In this document: positions 36,618 through 50,058 of the stretch, one piece after another
Layout: each line of letters begins with the position of its first letter
Numbering within the stretch: the first letter of the stretch is position 1
Source: Camelus dromedarius
Lineage: Eukaryota
Direction of reading: 5' to 3'
Assembly: GCF_036321535.1 (NCBI RefSeq)
Contig: NC_087472.1
Coordinates: 94,676,001 to 94,740,000, forward strand
DNA: 64,000 bases
Program-made: the position numbers and the translations under genes
Notes under the pieces: generated by a model
The model's database searches: none
What the model saw: the letters and a program-made list of their open reading frames with translations, nothing else
Told to the model about the DNA's origin: nothing

Positions 36618-37090
36618 ATACAATGGACTACTACTCAACCATGAAAAGGGATAAAATAATGCCATTTGTAGAAACATGCATGGACCTAGAGATTATCATA
36701 CTAAGTAAAGTAAGTCAGACAGAAAGAAAAATATCATATAATGTCACTTACACGTGGAATTTTCCAAAAAAATGATACAAATGAACATATTTACAAAACA
36801 GAAAGAGTCTCACAGACAGAGAACAAACTTATGGTTACCAAATGGGAAGAGGGGAAGGGGTAATTTCGAAGTTTGGGATTAGCAGATACAAACTACTAAA
36901 TATAAAACAGATAAACAAGAAGGACCTAGTGTATAGGACAGGGAACTATATTCAATATCTCATAATTACCTAATGGAAAAAATACGAAAAAAATTATATA
37001 TGCATGCATAACTTAATCACTATGCTGTACACCAAGAACTAACACAACACCGTAAATCAACTACACTTCAATTAAAAAAACAAACAAACC
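36618..37090 (+). mobile_element. 5'-truncated L1 3' end
   Basis: ATACAATGGACTACTACTCA...GGACCTAGAGATTATCATACTAAGT...GTAAATCAACTACACTTCAATTAAAAAAA. Confidence 0.9.
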
Positions 37091-37301
37091 TGGGGGAAAA
37101 AAAAGAGTGCCTGGAGTGTAAGGTTTCTGAAGATTGTGCTTAAGGCTGAGGAGAACTGAATGACTACTGGGAACCATATTCTGAAAAATTCTAACTCACG
37201 TGATGAGTTCAGATCTCCGTACTTTCGGGTTAAGGTCTCAGTGGAAGTACAAACACAATAAAACAATTTGACACATGTGAATTAACGTAAACCTGCTGGC
37301 T

Positions 37302-37630
37302 CATGGATCAGCAAACTTTTCACATACGGGTCCAGAAACAAAGTATTTTCGACTTAGCAGGCCAGTTTTCAGCGCACCTACTCAACTCGGAGGTAGGAGC
37401 ACAGACGGATCCAGAGACGATCCATAAATGAGTGGGCATGGCTGTGTTAGAATAAAACTTGATTTATGGACACTGAAATATGAATTTTATTTAATTGCCA
37501 GACGTCCTAAGACATTAAATTTTCCCACCCATTAAAAAAATAATAATAAAAGACTGTTGTTAGCTTGCAGGGCATACAAAAAAGTTACCAGCTGAAGTCG
37601 GCCCACAGTCCTTGTTTGCTGATTATTTCC
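37302..37630. mobile_element. MER58B-like hAT-Charlie element
   Basis: TCAGCAAACTTTT ... GGCATGGCTGTGTT..AATAAAACTT..TTTATGGACACTGAAAT ... GTTTGCTGA terminal inverted repeat. Confidence 0.8.
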
Positions 37631-37765
37631 GAACTCTGAGAAACCCTTAGCAAGTTAAAAGTTTTTTTTTTTTTTAAGGAAGAAAAAAGAGCAAGGTAAA
37701 AGAAAGGAGGAAAATACCAATCTAAATAATTCAGAGAAGGGGTAAAAATGGTTTAGTGCATACAT

Positions 37766-38301
37766 TGTTCTGAACAAACAACCTTACTCCTATGGTCCAG
37801 GACTTACTCTTACCTTGCCTAAAGCACAGCAAGCCAAAACGCTGACTCCAAGGTCTCCAGCAAAGAGAGGGTTTATCCGCAAAGCAGCCAAGCAGGGAGA
37901 CAAGCCACAATTTCACCTCCGAAGAACAAGGGGCCTGGAGCAACTGTGGGATAAGAAACAACGCGTCAGCGCGGCTTGAGGCGCGAGGAGCGTAAGGCGA
38001 GATGATTGCAAACAGCTGCGGTAATCATGGTTCTGCGCAGGCGTGACTAAGCTACGGGCCCCTGCAGGGTCCAAAGAGAGCGCAACAGAAACTCACGCAT
38101 GCCCAGTTGAAGGGTTTGAGGTCCTATGCCGTCCTAACCAGATCAGCTCAAACAAGAGCAGCTGACGCCAAGTTCCTGGAAAACAACTCCGGCTGCTTGG
38201 AGGACATGTAAGGTGTTTTTTTAGCAATAATTAAAATGACCTTGATTAGTGACAGCAGGTTACAGGTGAAATGGTTATAACTAACGTTTATCCACGGTTT
38301 C
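37766..38301 (-). mobile_element. ERV1 solo LTR (MER41/MER57-like), CpG-rich
   Basis: TG...CA boundaries; GCAAAGAGAGGGTTTATCCGCAAAGCAGCCAAGC motif; flanks ACAT/GCAT may be an imperfect TSD. Confidence 0.7.
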
Positions 38302-39239
38302 AGCATCTTTGTGAGATTTAGAAAAAAATCCCATCTTCTCAGGTGGAAGCATAGGCTCTAAAGAAAGCTACACTAACTGGTTTTCAGCTTCACTCGCCCA
38401 ATGCCAAATATTTTTGGTTGAGGCACATTTTGCACAACTGTTCCTTGCAGCCCTGGATTCTGCATTATCCCATCACCGTTCATCTTTTTTCACCTCTTTA
38501 TTTTTATTTGTAAATAAATTCTCATGTAACAATCTCTCATGAGCAGAATATTAAATATTAAGTATATGACATTTTTATTTTCTGTCTCTCAACAACCATT
38601 AACCATGAGTAATAAAGGCTTGGGCCAATAAAAGATGAATGCTACATCTTCTATCTTTTACTTTAAGTTTTATGACTATTGCATAATCTTCTCAAGAGAA
38701 AAAAACATGCTCAGGTCCTTTTTGCTGAGCTGATATGGAGAGTTAATTGAGGTCAGGTGGCAGTTAAACAAATGCATGCAAGAGGAGGAGTTATAACTAA
38801 GAATATTAACATATCTTACAAAATCAAATACAGTAAATCATCAACAAAGTGAACCAAAAAAATGAATCTGAGGAGAATTGAGCATCATCTTTATAGGTTG
38901 AAATAAGTAGAGCTACAACGTTGATGGTTAACAGAGTTTCTGTGACCTCAAACTCTCAGCCACAAATGATTACTGGTTTTTAGATACCTTCTGGGTTTTT
39001 CCTTGGCACCTTGTTACACATAGGTTGTTCAAGGAATTAATGCCTGTGTTGTATTCTAATTTGAAACACGTTAGGCCAAGAAAATTAAATTATTTTATAT
39101 TTTACATAACTTTATCAATGTTTATTTCTTCAGTGAAGCCAATATTGTTTTGCCAATTCTTGTTTCTTCCATTCTTGAGGTTCCATGACTATAAAACAAA
39201 AATGGTAGTTTCATGTTAATTCAGAGAAGCATCACAAAA

Positions 39240-39430
39240 TTTCAGATTCTAATAGGCCTCCTTTCAAATGCTTTTTCCACCAATTCGAATATGTAACTTT
39301 GGACAAGTTGCTTATTTCTGTTAAGCAGTAAATTCTTCATCTCTTAAAGTCATCATAATTCCTACTTTACAGCTGTTTGGGGAGGACTGAAGGTAGATAC
39401 AGTCAAGATAAAGGTTAAATTATAGGTATC
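39240..39430 (+). mobile_element. MIR relic
   Basis: TGTAACTTTGGACAAGTTGCTTA...TTCTTCATCT core. Confidence 0.55.
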
Positions 39431-39994
39431 ATAATAAAACCTCACAAAAAGAAAGGATGATTGTTGTACAAATCTACTCTGAATTTTCAAGTCATTATTA
39501 AAAGGGTATGCATTTATTAGTATGAGTGAATCTTATCTTTTCCTTAAGTTATTGACAATGTTTTTACTGCTCTGATATGTTGCATGCCTGACATTTACAT
39601 GCATTAGGAATTCAAACACTTCATTTGCTTATGAAATTGAATGGCCTTCCCAAAAGATGACATACCTTATACAATATAATTATGTGGTAAGATGTGGCAA
39701 GAGAAATCCTAAAAAAATTTCCATTCACAAATTTCTAATTATTCTTTCTTAACCCATGTTAACATCATTACCTTAAGTATAGGCGAACCAGATAAGGTAT
39801 AATTTGATATACGATCCTGCAACATACAAAATTCAATGCCTTTTCTCCCCAGTAACTGAAATTCTATGGAAACTGGTTTATCTGGAATTAAGCTTCCTCT
39901 CTAATTCATATTGCTGAATTTCCAATAAATACAGCTAATTAAGGCTCAAACTACAAAATAAGAGATTTTATCAGATTTTTCAGACAGAGGAGAT

Positions 39995-40230
39995 GGTTAG
40001 CATAGGGATGAAGAGTCATGGAAATTAGGAGAGTGAGGTAGAACTAAAGGTGGGTTTGATCCCTAGCTCTATTGTGAATAAACATACTTGGTGTAGAATT
40101 TTGGTTTAATTACTTGATCTCTCTTTCCTTCATTTGTTATATGGGAGTAATGATATTTCCTACCACTTGTTGTGAGGATTAAACGAGTTAAGAAATGAAT
40201 ATGTAAAGAACTTAGAAGAGTACCTACCAT
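39995..40230 (+). mobile_element. MIR relic
   Basis: TTACTTGATCTCTCT..CATTTGT..ATGGGAGTAAT..TTGTTGTGAGGATTAAA. Confidence 0.7.
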
Positions 40231-40249
40231 CTATGATGATGATGATGAT

Positions 40250-41690
40250 GATATCCACATGGATGTGCCACAGAAAACTGAATGTCAGCTTAGAAAATAA
40301 AGTACACCCTTTCCATCTTACTTAAGCTTGCTCCTTTTCCTTTCTTATGGTTCCCAACCCCAAACCTTTCTTAATCACCCAAATGTAAAACCTGACAGTC
40401 ATCTGGGGATCTCTTTGCACTCATCCCTTCCACATCCAATCAGTCATCATGCTTGTGAACTCTACTTTGTAAATGTCTTTTAAATAGGTCCCTTCTCTTC
40501 ATCCTCTCTGTTATGATTGTAACTCAGATGGTCACTATTTGTTTTGAGTCTCATAATTATCTTATATCTGGTTTAGTTGCCTTGATAGTGGGACCTTTTC
40601 TCTAGTAACTTGTGTCCAAGATAGCCTCTGATGATCATCACCTCTTTTGTGCATGCTCTTCAAGAGGCTGCTATGACCCTGAATCAGAGTTTGTTGTTGC
40701 TGGTGGTGGTGGGTTTTGTTTTTTTTTTTTCTGACCCATAGAACATGATAGAAGTTATAGTGTGTGACTTCTGAAAAGCACTGCAGCTTTCTCCTTGGTC
40801 CTTTGGCCTGTAGCCATCATGCTGGAAGGACACTCACACAGCCCCACAGAGAGGCCTACTTACAGAGAAACTGAGGCCCCTGGTCAACAGCCAGAAAAAA
40901 CTTGCCAGTCATGTGAGAGAGTCACCTTAAAAGTGTATCTCATAGCCAGTTAAGCCTTCAGATGAATTCAACACCAGCCAACATTCTGACTGCAACCACA
41001 TGAGGACCCTGAGTCAGAACCACTGAGTCAAGCTGCTCTTCAGTTCCTGAAGGCCAGAACCTGTGAGAGATAATAAATCACTATTGGTTTTGTTAAGTTA
41101 CTACATTTTGGGGTGACTTGTTATGTGGTATCTTTCTTGGGACCCCCTAAACCAACAGAATGATCATTTAAAAACACAAATTCAGTCATGTCGCTGCCAT
41201 GTTAAAACCCTTCAATGAGCCCTGTTTGCCTACCAAATTCAAATCAAAACTTTTAGTCCTCATGAAGTTTTAAAGCTTTCCTCCTGCATATTTTTTCTGC
41301 CTCATCTCCATACATCTTATGCTCCACACATATCCACATATGCATACCTACATGCAATATACCATCTTCAGTCTTTTGCCTATGCTCTCCTTTCTTTTCA
41401 GAATATCCACATGAGTTTATTCTACCTGGAGTACTTCTCAGCACGGGTATCATCTTCATTCTACAGGCTTTCTGGATTTCCTGAGGCAGGTAAAGTCTAA
41501 GCTACCATTACACACTAAGTATATTCCCTAGTACAGTAATTATCATATTTTAAAATATTTTTTTCTGTGTCTGTCTACCCCTTACCTCCCACCACCCCAC
41601 CGTATTAAGACGGTGACATTCTTTATGGCCATGGTGAACACTTAATAGGTATGAATACATAGTTGCTAAATAATTGTTTGAACAAATTGT
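40250..41690 (+). mobile_element. L2 relic interrupted by an MLT1 LTR
   Basis: CACATCCAATCAGTCA.. and TAAAACCCTTCAATG.. L2 motifs on both sides of the LTR. Confidence 0.55.
40605..41130 (+). mobile_element. MaLR LTR (MLT1F-like)
   Basis: AACTGAGGCCCC..CAACAGCCAG, AAGCCTTCAGATGA, TGACTGCAACC.CATGAG, AGAACCTGTGAGAGATAATAAA. Confidence 0.8.
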
Positions 41691-44600
41691 TTCTGGTGAA
41701 AAGTTGCACTGAAGGGATTCAATCTCTGCCCCCAATTTCCTCTTGAGACATGTTAACCTATATTTTTGCATTACTTCTTTTGGTTCAAGATTACATGTCT
41801 CCACATGAAAGAGAATAATTGTCTATGTGTTTTAGATTTGCTGAACTGAGACCTTGATGGCCTCATTAACCCCTGGGTTCTACTTTTCATTGGCCAAGAT
41901 TATATACAAATTTATAATCATATTACAATTTCATTTGTTTCCTTTATAATCTTACTATGGTTTGGAAGTTCTCATTAGTTCACTACATTTGATTGCCCCT
42001 GTGGAACGTAGCTGTTTTGGTTTTGGCAGGGTTTTTTAGTGAAGCTTCACAGCCAATTCTTGGCAGTCAATTTATAGGCTTGTAAAGGGGAATGTTAGCC
42101 AGAATGTGAATCTCTTTCATTTCATGCATATTATTGACTTAAAATTTTTAGGCTTCTAATGTAGATGACATGGAAAAGAGTATCACAACAATAATGAACA
42201 ATAAGACTTACTGTGATAAAGAAAAGTCAACTTGTGAAAAGAAATTTTAAGAAGATGGACAATTATACTAATGTGAAGAAAAGCGTTTTCAGGAAAAGAA
42301 AAGTTATTTCCAAATCCGATTAAGATGAACAAGCAAGATGCCAAACTCTAGCTCTTAGATTAACTGAAAAATGGCAGTTTGTTTCAGTCAAGATATTGAA
42401 ACATTCATAACTCTCTCATTTAAAGATACCAAACTGCTTAAAGCTTTGACTCAGTAGACCATTTATTAACACATTACTTCTCTTACATATGTGAACTAAA
42501 TTATTGTATGAATTAAAGTGGTTTTTCAAATAGGCAAAAAATATTATACTGGTTTTCAGCAGATGTGGGCAATACAAATTTATCTAGCTAGAAAAAATCA
42601 TTAGTGGACATTTCTTGTGAGCTCTCAGAACACTAATTAAAATCTAGTCAATAAAGGACTGAAATATAAAAATATTATCTTCTTCAAATGCCATTTAAAA
42701 CCTTTATTTCGAATGTCTTGTTACATGTGTTTATGTGCTTGTTTTAATGTGCAAAATGCAACCAGATATCAATCCAATACTCAATGTTTCCAAAAATGTG
42801 GGTGAAAAGCCGGGATTAATGAAAGTTATTACCAAAAAAGTTTACATATATAAAAACAAGGTCATGTTTATAAGTCACAAGCAGAGAAAAATCAATCATC
42901 GAAAAATATCCTTGGAAATCATTAAATTGTACTAAATTAGCTATTCTTCAGGGTTCAGGAAAAGTGATCTAGCAGTACTTAGAGCACCAAAAATAAAATT
43001 CTTTTTATATCACTTTCACATTTTACTACATTTGACAATTCAGTTCTCTTATTAAGTCAGGCAGAACAATAAACATTGAGAAAATACACTTATTAATCTG
43101 TATTCAGAGCACTTATCAAATAGAAAGTTGAAATGAAATTGGTATAACAATTCTGCTTCAGTTAACAATTTTTCTCTATTTGGGACATTTCAAGATGCTT
43201 ATAACTTGTCAAAAGTCAACCTCTGACTGTAAACTTTAGTGTAAACTACTGAATATAAATACACTATGTACTAATCCTATGGTTCTACTTTTATCATTGT
43301 CATAGAAATATTTAAAGCAACTTACTTATCATGAGGTACAGAATTTTAGCCAGCTGAAACATGATTAAAGACAGGATCAGTTGTATAAACGTGAAATTGG
43401 AGCCATTTGCTGACAACCTATTTACTTTCAGGCTATTGGAAAAATATGTAGAATATTGTGAAAGAAATGGATCTGCTTTTTCACTTATATATTACAAATG
43501 CCCACAATAATGCCTACTATGTGGTTAGTACTTAATAAATATTTGATAAATTCATTTAACGAGGAGGTGAGCAAGCAGTTACCTACATCTAACTTGGTTT
43601 CTTTATATTCAATGTTTAAGGATTATATGGCAACAGTTTAAATGAATAAATACTGACCAAGAGGCATGCTTTAAAAGGGAAAATACGTATTTTGATGTTA
43701 GGTGAATAGATTTTCATTTAAATAGGTTTATACAACAAACAATAGTTGCATGCCTACTATGTGCCAGACAAAACTACTAGATTGTAATTTCTAGAAAATG
43801 AGTTCCACCCTCAGATTATCCTAAAATCCCTACAACCTTCCACAACCAGAAATGGAATAGACTTCATTGGATGGGCATATCCAAAAATATAACTTACTAA
43901 GAGCCAAACCTAGTCTTCTCTTCATCACAGCATATTTGCCTAAGAATCCTGAATCAACTGTTCTGGAAACCTGGTTGGTGTATGTACTCTGAATTTTGTG
44001 AGGATATATATTATAGAAATGAATGTGTGGTTGAGCCAGGTTCTTCAGCTATCTAAGGTCAGACACTGTCGAGAGGAAATGCTGAAGTCTAACTGCAGAT
44101 TCCTCCAAGTTTTTGTTGGAAAGTCACCTTGGAAAGTTCACCCAAATCAAATCCAAAAGGCCTGTCTTCTACCCCAGTGTACAGCTGGAAGGAACAAAGC
44201 TGAGCTGGGATTGTGGTGGGATTGATACTGCATGGATACTCCCATCATTAGGCACTATCTGGGTTAATCTGCAGGGAGCTGGTTCAACCTGGCCATCTCT
44301 TACGAGTGCACTTTAAATGTTCTGAGAAAGAGCCACCCAAAGTGTATGAAGAGGTAGGGACAAAAGAGTAACAATGTACGTTGGCTTGCGCCCTTCTTCA
44401 GTTTACCAGGAGCAGAGGCGAGCCCTATTTACAAAGTACCAATTCCTCTCACCCCTCAGGCTTCCAGGATCAAGTCCAAAAGAACTTAACTGGGCCACCC
44501 ATCTGTCTTCACAGGAACTACTCTAATGGAGAATAAGGTCATATCAACCATTCGTGTCTGTTTATTTCTGTGGGAAATGTTGAGTCACTTTCTGACAGCA

Positions 44601-47600
44601 ACCCTTGGTAAACACAATAATTCGTGTGTTAAGTAGATAACGGAGTCCCTGCAAACCTTACTGATTGCTTCAGCCACCAATAGTACCACTGAACTTTAAT
44701 CTCTAGGTCAATGTAATGTCTCGAAAAACAGATGGACATTTCACTGGTCCATATTGATCAATCACACAATCCTTACAACCTTCTAATCATGAGCTTCAGG
44801 TAGACTCATACACAGGCAGCACTCCACAAGGGCTCTTTCCTTGGGGCTTTATGTGGCAATAATACTAGTGACACTTCAGTCTCCCTGACATTTCATTACT
44901 CTAGCAGTCGTTGCCAAAGCCTCAATCTTCAGTCTAGACCGCACTCCTCCCGAGTCTGTTCTATCATCATCCTCATCAATATTTATTCTCTTTACTGGCC
45001 TTGCTCATTCCAGACTAAGATTACTCAATGCGTTGTTTTCAGAGCAGACTTAGTTGAAAATGCAATGTTCGCTGAGAGCATTTCAGATTAATACAAATAT
45101 TCATAGAGGAGCAATAAACCAGGTCAAGTATTTTCAGGGTTTTTTTGTTTGTTTTTTCACAAACAGCAATGAGTTCATATGCTTTTGTGCTTTTTAGACA
45201 GAGATACCAGAGGAAGTTAATGTTGGGATGAACTGTTACTTAAAATGTATGTATATAAATGTATGTATGTTCGTATGTATACCCACATGCATTGTTACAT
45301 ATTTTGAGATGTTTTTAAATCTTTTGTGTAACAAATCATCCGATGAGATTTTGGAGGTTATTTCATATTTACAGATGGCTATCTGCTTGCTCTGCTTTAA
45401 GAAAATGAAGGCATTAAAAGATTTGTGAAAACAGGCTTTAAAAACCTTCTCAATTATCAAAAGTTCTATCAAAATGTTGTTCCAAAGCCAAGTTGTCAGG
45501 GACTCATAAATATTGATTATGTTTCTTCTAACCTTCATAGACAAGTTTCTAGGGCTTTATCAACACATCCAAAGAATTTGAGATATTGTTGCATTCAAAA
45601 CATAAATGGACTCACCCAGTGAAGATGATATTTTGCAGCATTTGTTTTAGGAATGGGAAATCTCATTTGGCAATATTTAGGGAAGACACATTTAACAGAG
45701 TAATATTCACAAGTGATACTGCTGCAAAGAAAATTCAAACCCAAACGTTCATATTGTCTTTTAAAACAAAGATTTTATGTAAGATTCTCCACCCTCCCTT
45801 CCCACTCCAATGAAATGCTGGGTCCAAGGGTATTTTGCTGTGCTCATTTTTTGGAATCTTTACTGTCCTTATTTTTGTTGACCAGTTTAGTTTAATTTAC
45901 TTCAGCAGCTGGGTGGCTGATTTATCTCTAAAAAAAAAAAAGTATTTCCCCTATGAATAATTCAGACCTGTGCTGGTTATAAAATTGCATCTTTGGCTCT
46001 CTCCACAGCCAACTGCTTCTTTCAAGTAGCAGATTCCAATCCGTGAGTTTGTATCATGGGTCTGACATCTAGGGGAAAAAAATAAAACCCAAGACTTGTT
46101 TTAAACCAACTTTCATTTTCTCTTCACAGGTGCCAGGATTTGCTTTTTATTGTTGTTCATCAGAAAATAAAGTAGTTACTGTTTTCTTCAGACCCTGTGT
46201 TCTGGGCTTCTTTCTGTGCATTGAAGTTGAAAGAGGAACAAAGCAGGAACAGAGTGCTGTAAATAAATTACTTAGGATTGTGAACATCTGCAAAATTTGG
46301 ACGATACAAATATATGTATCTTTTTGCCCCATGTAGGGAAAACAACTGCTAATTTTCACAATTTAGGATTCTACCATCTTCTTGAACTGTATTTTGAAAA
46401 TTAATTTTGCATATGAGACACATTTCTTCTTACTCACAAGATACACTTTTTATTTTTAAACATTTTAAAGATATTATTCAGATGAGCATTAAAACTCAGG
46501 TAAATCTTTCAAAGTCATATAGAAGTGGCCCCAAACTGATTTTTCTTGTTTTCTAATTAGAAAGAATATACACAATTAACTTAAAAATGTTTGTGTATAT
46601 AGACTGTTTAGTATTTTTATTTTTCACTTGATAAACAAAGGAAGAAGTCATACCTTTCCTTTAACAATGTATATTTTAGTTAGTTTCATAGGACTCTTTG
46701 AATATTGTCCTACTGTCTAATCCAGTTTCAACTTACTTTAAAAAATAGATTATTTTTTTTACTTGCATACATAATATATCCCACTGTTTCTCCATTTTAA
46801 TACCTATTTGTCAAGTAGACGAGGAGTTATCTCCATCCTGTGACTCAGGGTTCAAAGGAATTATGGGACAGTGTGCCATATAATGGTACTATCACTGTTA
46901 AACCTGCTAGGGGTCACTGTGTATAGCACAGTCTTAATTATCTCAACTTTGCCTTCAGCTGTTCCTCAAAAGGCCCTCCATTTGTACACCACTGAGAATA
47001 AGATATGGTTAGTAATGAGTTCTGAGCTATCCTAATGTTTTATGATTATTATAGTTATTATTATTATATAGAACTGAACATATATCTTGTTCAGTTCTAC
47101 CTTTAAAATACAATAGATTTCAATGCAGGTAGATTTCTGAACCGTTAGGCAAACAAGACCAAAAGATAGTTGAAAAGACACTGTTTTCAGTCCTATTTTG
47201 GGCAAGGGTGCTTTTGGTTTTGTTTTAGACTTTTAACAGTTTGGTGACTATTCTACTTTATACCATTTTTAACTGCTCGATGTAGAACAAAACAGACTTA
47301 CTTCCTCTGGACACAACCCAAATTCTCTTCTTTCATGATGAAAGCAAAGCTTTTGTTGCCATGTGTGTGAAATGGAGCCAAGAAAATCATTCGTGACACT
47401 GAGAGGTAATCCTTATTGCTGGTCTTTTGAGCCCTTCCAGGTTAGTTCTTAATAGGATTCTACAATGAATGCCCCTCGATGGCCTACGTTGTGTCCTCGA
47501 AGTGTGAATATGTGTACATCTGTGTATCTGTGGTTCTTGTGTCACGCAGTGCAAGCTCTATCTTCCCTTGTGGAAAACGAAACAAAAATTAAAAAACAAA

Positions 47601-47899
47601 CAAAAGAAACCCCAAACGAAACAAAACCAACAAAAGCCTACTCACATTTTGGTTAGGGAGGTAGAAGCAAGCTAGAGGAGAAGTCTGCATGGTGTTCTTT
47701 CACACAATATACTGACAACTAAATTCCATTACTTGAGGAACTAAACCACATTTTCAGGATACTAAACCAGCCACTTGAGATAGCATTTGAAGTTAGACAA
47801 TCCAACAATTACACAGGTGTCATTTCTATCAGGCCATGAAGGAAGTGGGACACTTTAATTACCTTCATGCTTGAGTTTTGGGTTTTTTCTTTTTTAAGT

Positions 47900-48388
47900 A
47901 GATGAAATATTACTCAGCCATAAAAAAGAATAAAGTAATGCCATTTGCAGCAACATGGATAGACCTAGAGATTCTCGTACTAAGTGAACTAAGTCAGACA
48001 GAGACAAATATAGGATGTTGCTTATATGTGGAATCTTAGAAAAAAAAAGATACAAATTTTATTTACAAACCAGAAACAGAATCACAGACATAGAAAACAA
48101 ACTGTGGTTACCAGGAGGGAAAGTGGGGTAGCGGGGAGGGATAGATTAGGAATTTGGGATTAACAGATACACACTACTATATATAAAATAGATAAACAAT
48201 AAGGACCTACTGTATAGCACAGGAAACTATATTCAGTTTCTTGTAATGAGCCATAATGGAAAAGAATCTGAAAATATATCTATGTATGTATGTATGTATG
48301 TGTATAACTTAATCACTTTGCTGTACACCAGAAACTAACATTGTAAATCGACTACACTTCAATAAACAATAAGAACTTTAAAAAAAAA
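47900..48388 (+). mobile_element. 5'-truncated L1 3' end
   Basis: AATATTACTCAGCCATAAAAAAGAA...ACATTGTAAATCGACTACACTTCAATAAA plus an A tail. Confidence 0.9.
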
Positions 48389-48529
48389 CGTAGAAAGCTT
48401 TTTCCTTCTTATTTCAAGTAAGCAGTATGGTGTTTTGCCTTCTCTCATCATCTCTTCTGATGACAGTGTTTCCCTATTCACCCAGTGACTTTAGTGGTGA
48501 GATCAATAGTAAAAAAAAAAAAAAAGTGA

Positions 48530-48760
48530 GTCCTAGAGTTAGACTGATTGGGCTTGTGTCAAAGTGGATGTTATGTGATGTTGGTTAAGGTTCATCAATT
48601 CGCCAAGCCTCAAACTTAGTTCCTATTATCTATAAAAAAGGAAAATAATAGCACTTCACGTTTCGTTCCTCCAAGAATTAACTGAGACTATGCACGTACA
48701 ACACTTCAAATGGTGCTTGGCGTATAGCGAGTTGGCAAGAGCTGTCAGCTAGCATTATGG
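48530..48760 (+). mobile_element. MIR relic
   Basis: CTAGAGTTAGACTG..TGTGATGTTGG..ATCTATAAAAAAGG..ATAATAGCAC. Confidence 0.5.
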
Positions 48761-49796
48761 CCATCTCTTTATTACATGACTTCACTGTTGCATTGACATG
48801 TCTAAAAGACTAGTTCTCCATATGTACTTACATTCCATGAACTATTTGTTGCTGGAGGCAAAAAGAGACTAAAATTGTTAAACAGCCTCTACCAGCAGCA
48901 TCTTTTAACGTGAGCTTTGGGAAATCACAGGAGAGCTTGAGTAGTTATCTGTTTGTTCCCTCTGGACACTGGGAATTAGGGGGAAATCTGACTAAATTTT
49001 CTTGTTTGATTTGGGCTATTAATTAAAGTACCAGTTCATTTTGGAAGACAATTTTAAGCACCTGGAATGGTCAAATTAGGAAAACCTCTTTCTTTCTAGT
49101 TGCTGCCTTTTTTTCTTAATTGCGGTGTTTATTTTACATCCAGAGAGACATTGCCAGGGGAGGTTTTTAGTCCCACTCCTGCCAATAATTAGATGACTGT
49201 AAACAAGATAATTAGGATTTGCTTTCTTTCTTACAGCATTATAAGCAAAATGACTGTGAAAAATAGAAAGACTTTTCTACTTGTGTGTCCTTCACATGTT
49301 ACATTCGTGGGAAATTGGAACAATTAATAGTGAATTAAAAAATCAATTCCAAAGAAAGCATAACTGTAATTTGATGCAAAATGTAAGTCCAGGTCTCTGG
49401 ATAATTTAAATTTTGAGTCCATCATATGATAACAATATATTAACTCAATTCTAATCCTCTAAACCAACCTCTACCAACCTCTGCTTGGCAACTTCCCTCT
49501 TTTATGATTATATCAATTAAGCAGAAAAATCATAAAAGGGTTCTTTTAATTTTTTCAGATCAGATAATAATGAAAAAGGACCTCTGGGAGTGAGCAGGGC
49601 TAGAGGGAAAAAAACATTTTGCAGCGTGTTTTGTTATATGACAAACACATTTCCAAGGGCTGATTTACCCTCTAGTTTCTGTTTATGAAGACAAAATAAC
49701 AAATCGTTGCATTTCTTGTCCTAAACTTGTACCTGAAAATATAATTAATATGTATCTTATTCATTCTGCTCACTTCATTCACTCAAAATAAATATA

Positions 49797-50058
49797 AAAA
49801 ACATAGTTACCAAAAGGGAAAGGGAGGGAGGGATAAATTAGGACCTGGGGATTAGCAGATACAAATTACTATATACAAAATAGATAAACAACAAGGTCCT
49901 ATTGTATAGCACCAGGAACTATATTCAATATCTTGTAATAACCTATAATGGAAAGAATATATATATATTTATAATATATATGTATAACTAAGTCACTATG
50001 CTGAACACCAGAAACTAACAGAATATTGTAAATCAACTATACGTCAATAAAAAAAAAT
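49797..50058 (+). mobile_element. Short L1 3' end inserted in an antisense L2 tail
   Basis: GTTACCAAAAGGGAAAGGG..GGGATTAGCAGATACAAA..GTAAATCAACTATACGTCAATAAAAAAA. Flanks read TTCATTCACTCA | TTGAGGACTTACCATGT. Confidence 0.85.

Noticed and set aside
44040..44540. Endogenous non-retroviral viral element
   Set aside because: The frames I translated showed no recognisable viral motif; blastx would be needed to exclude it fully
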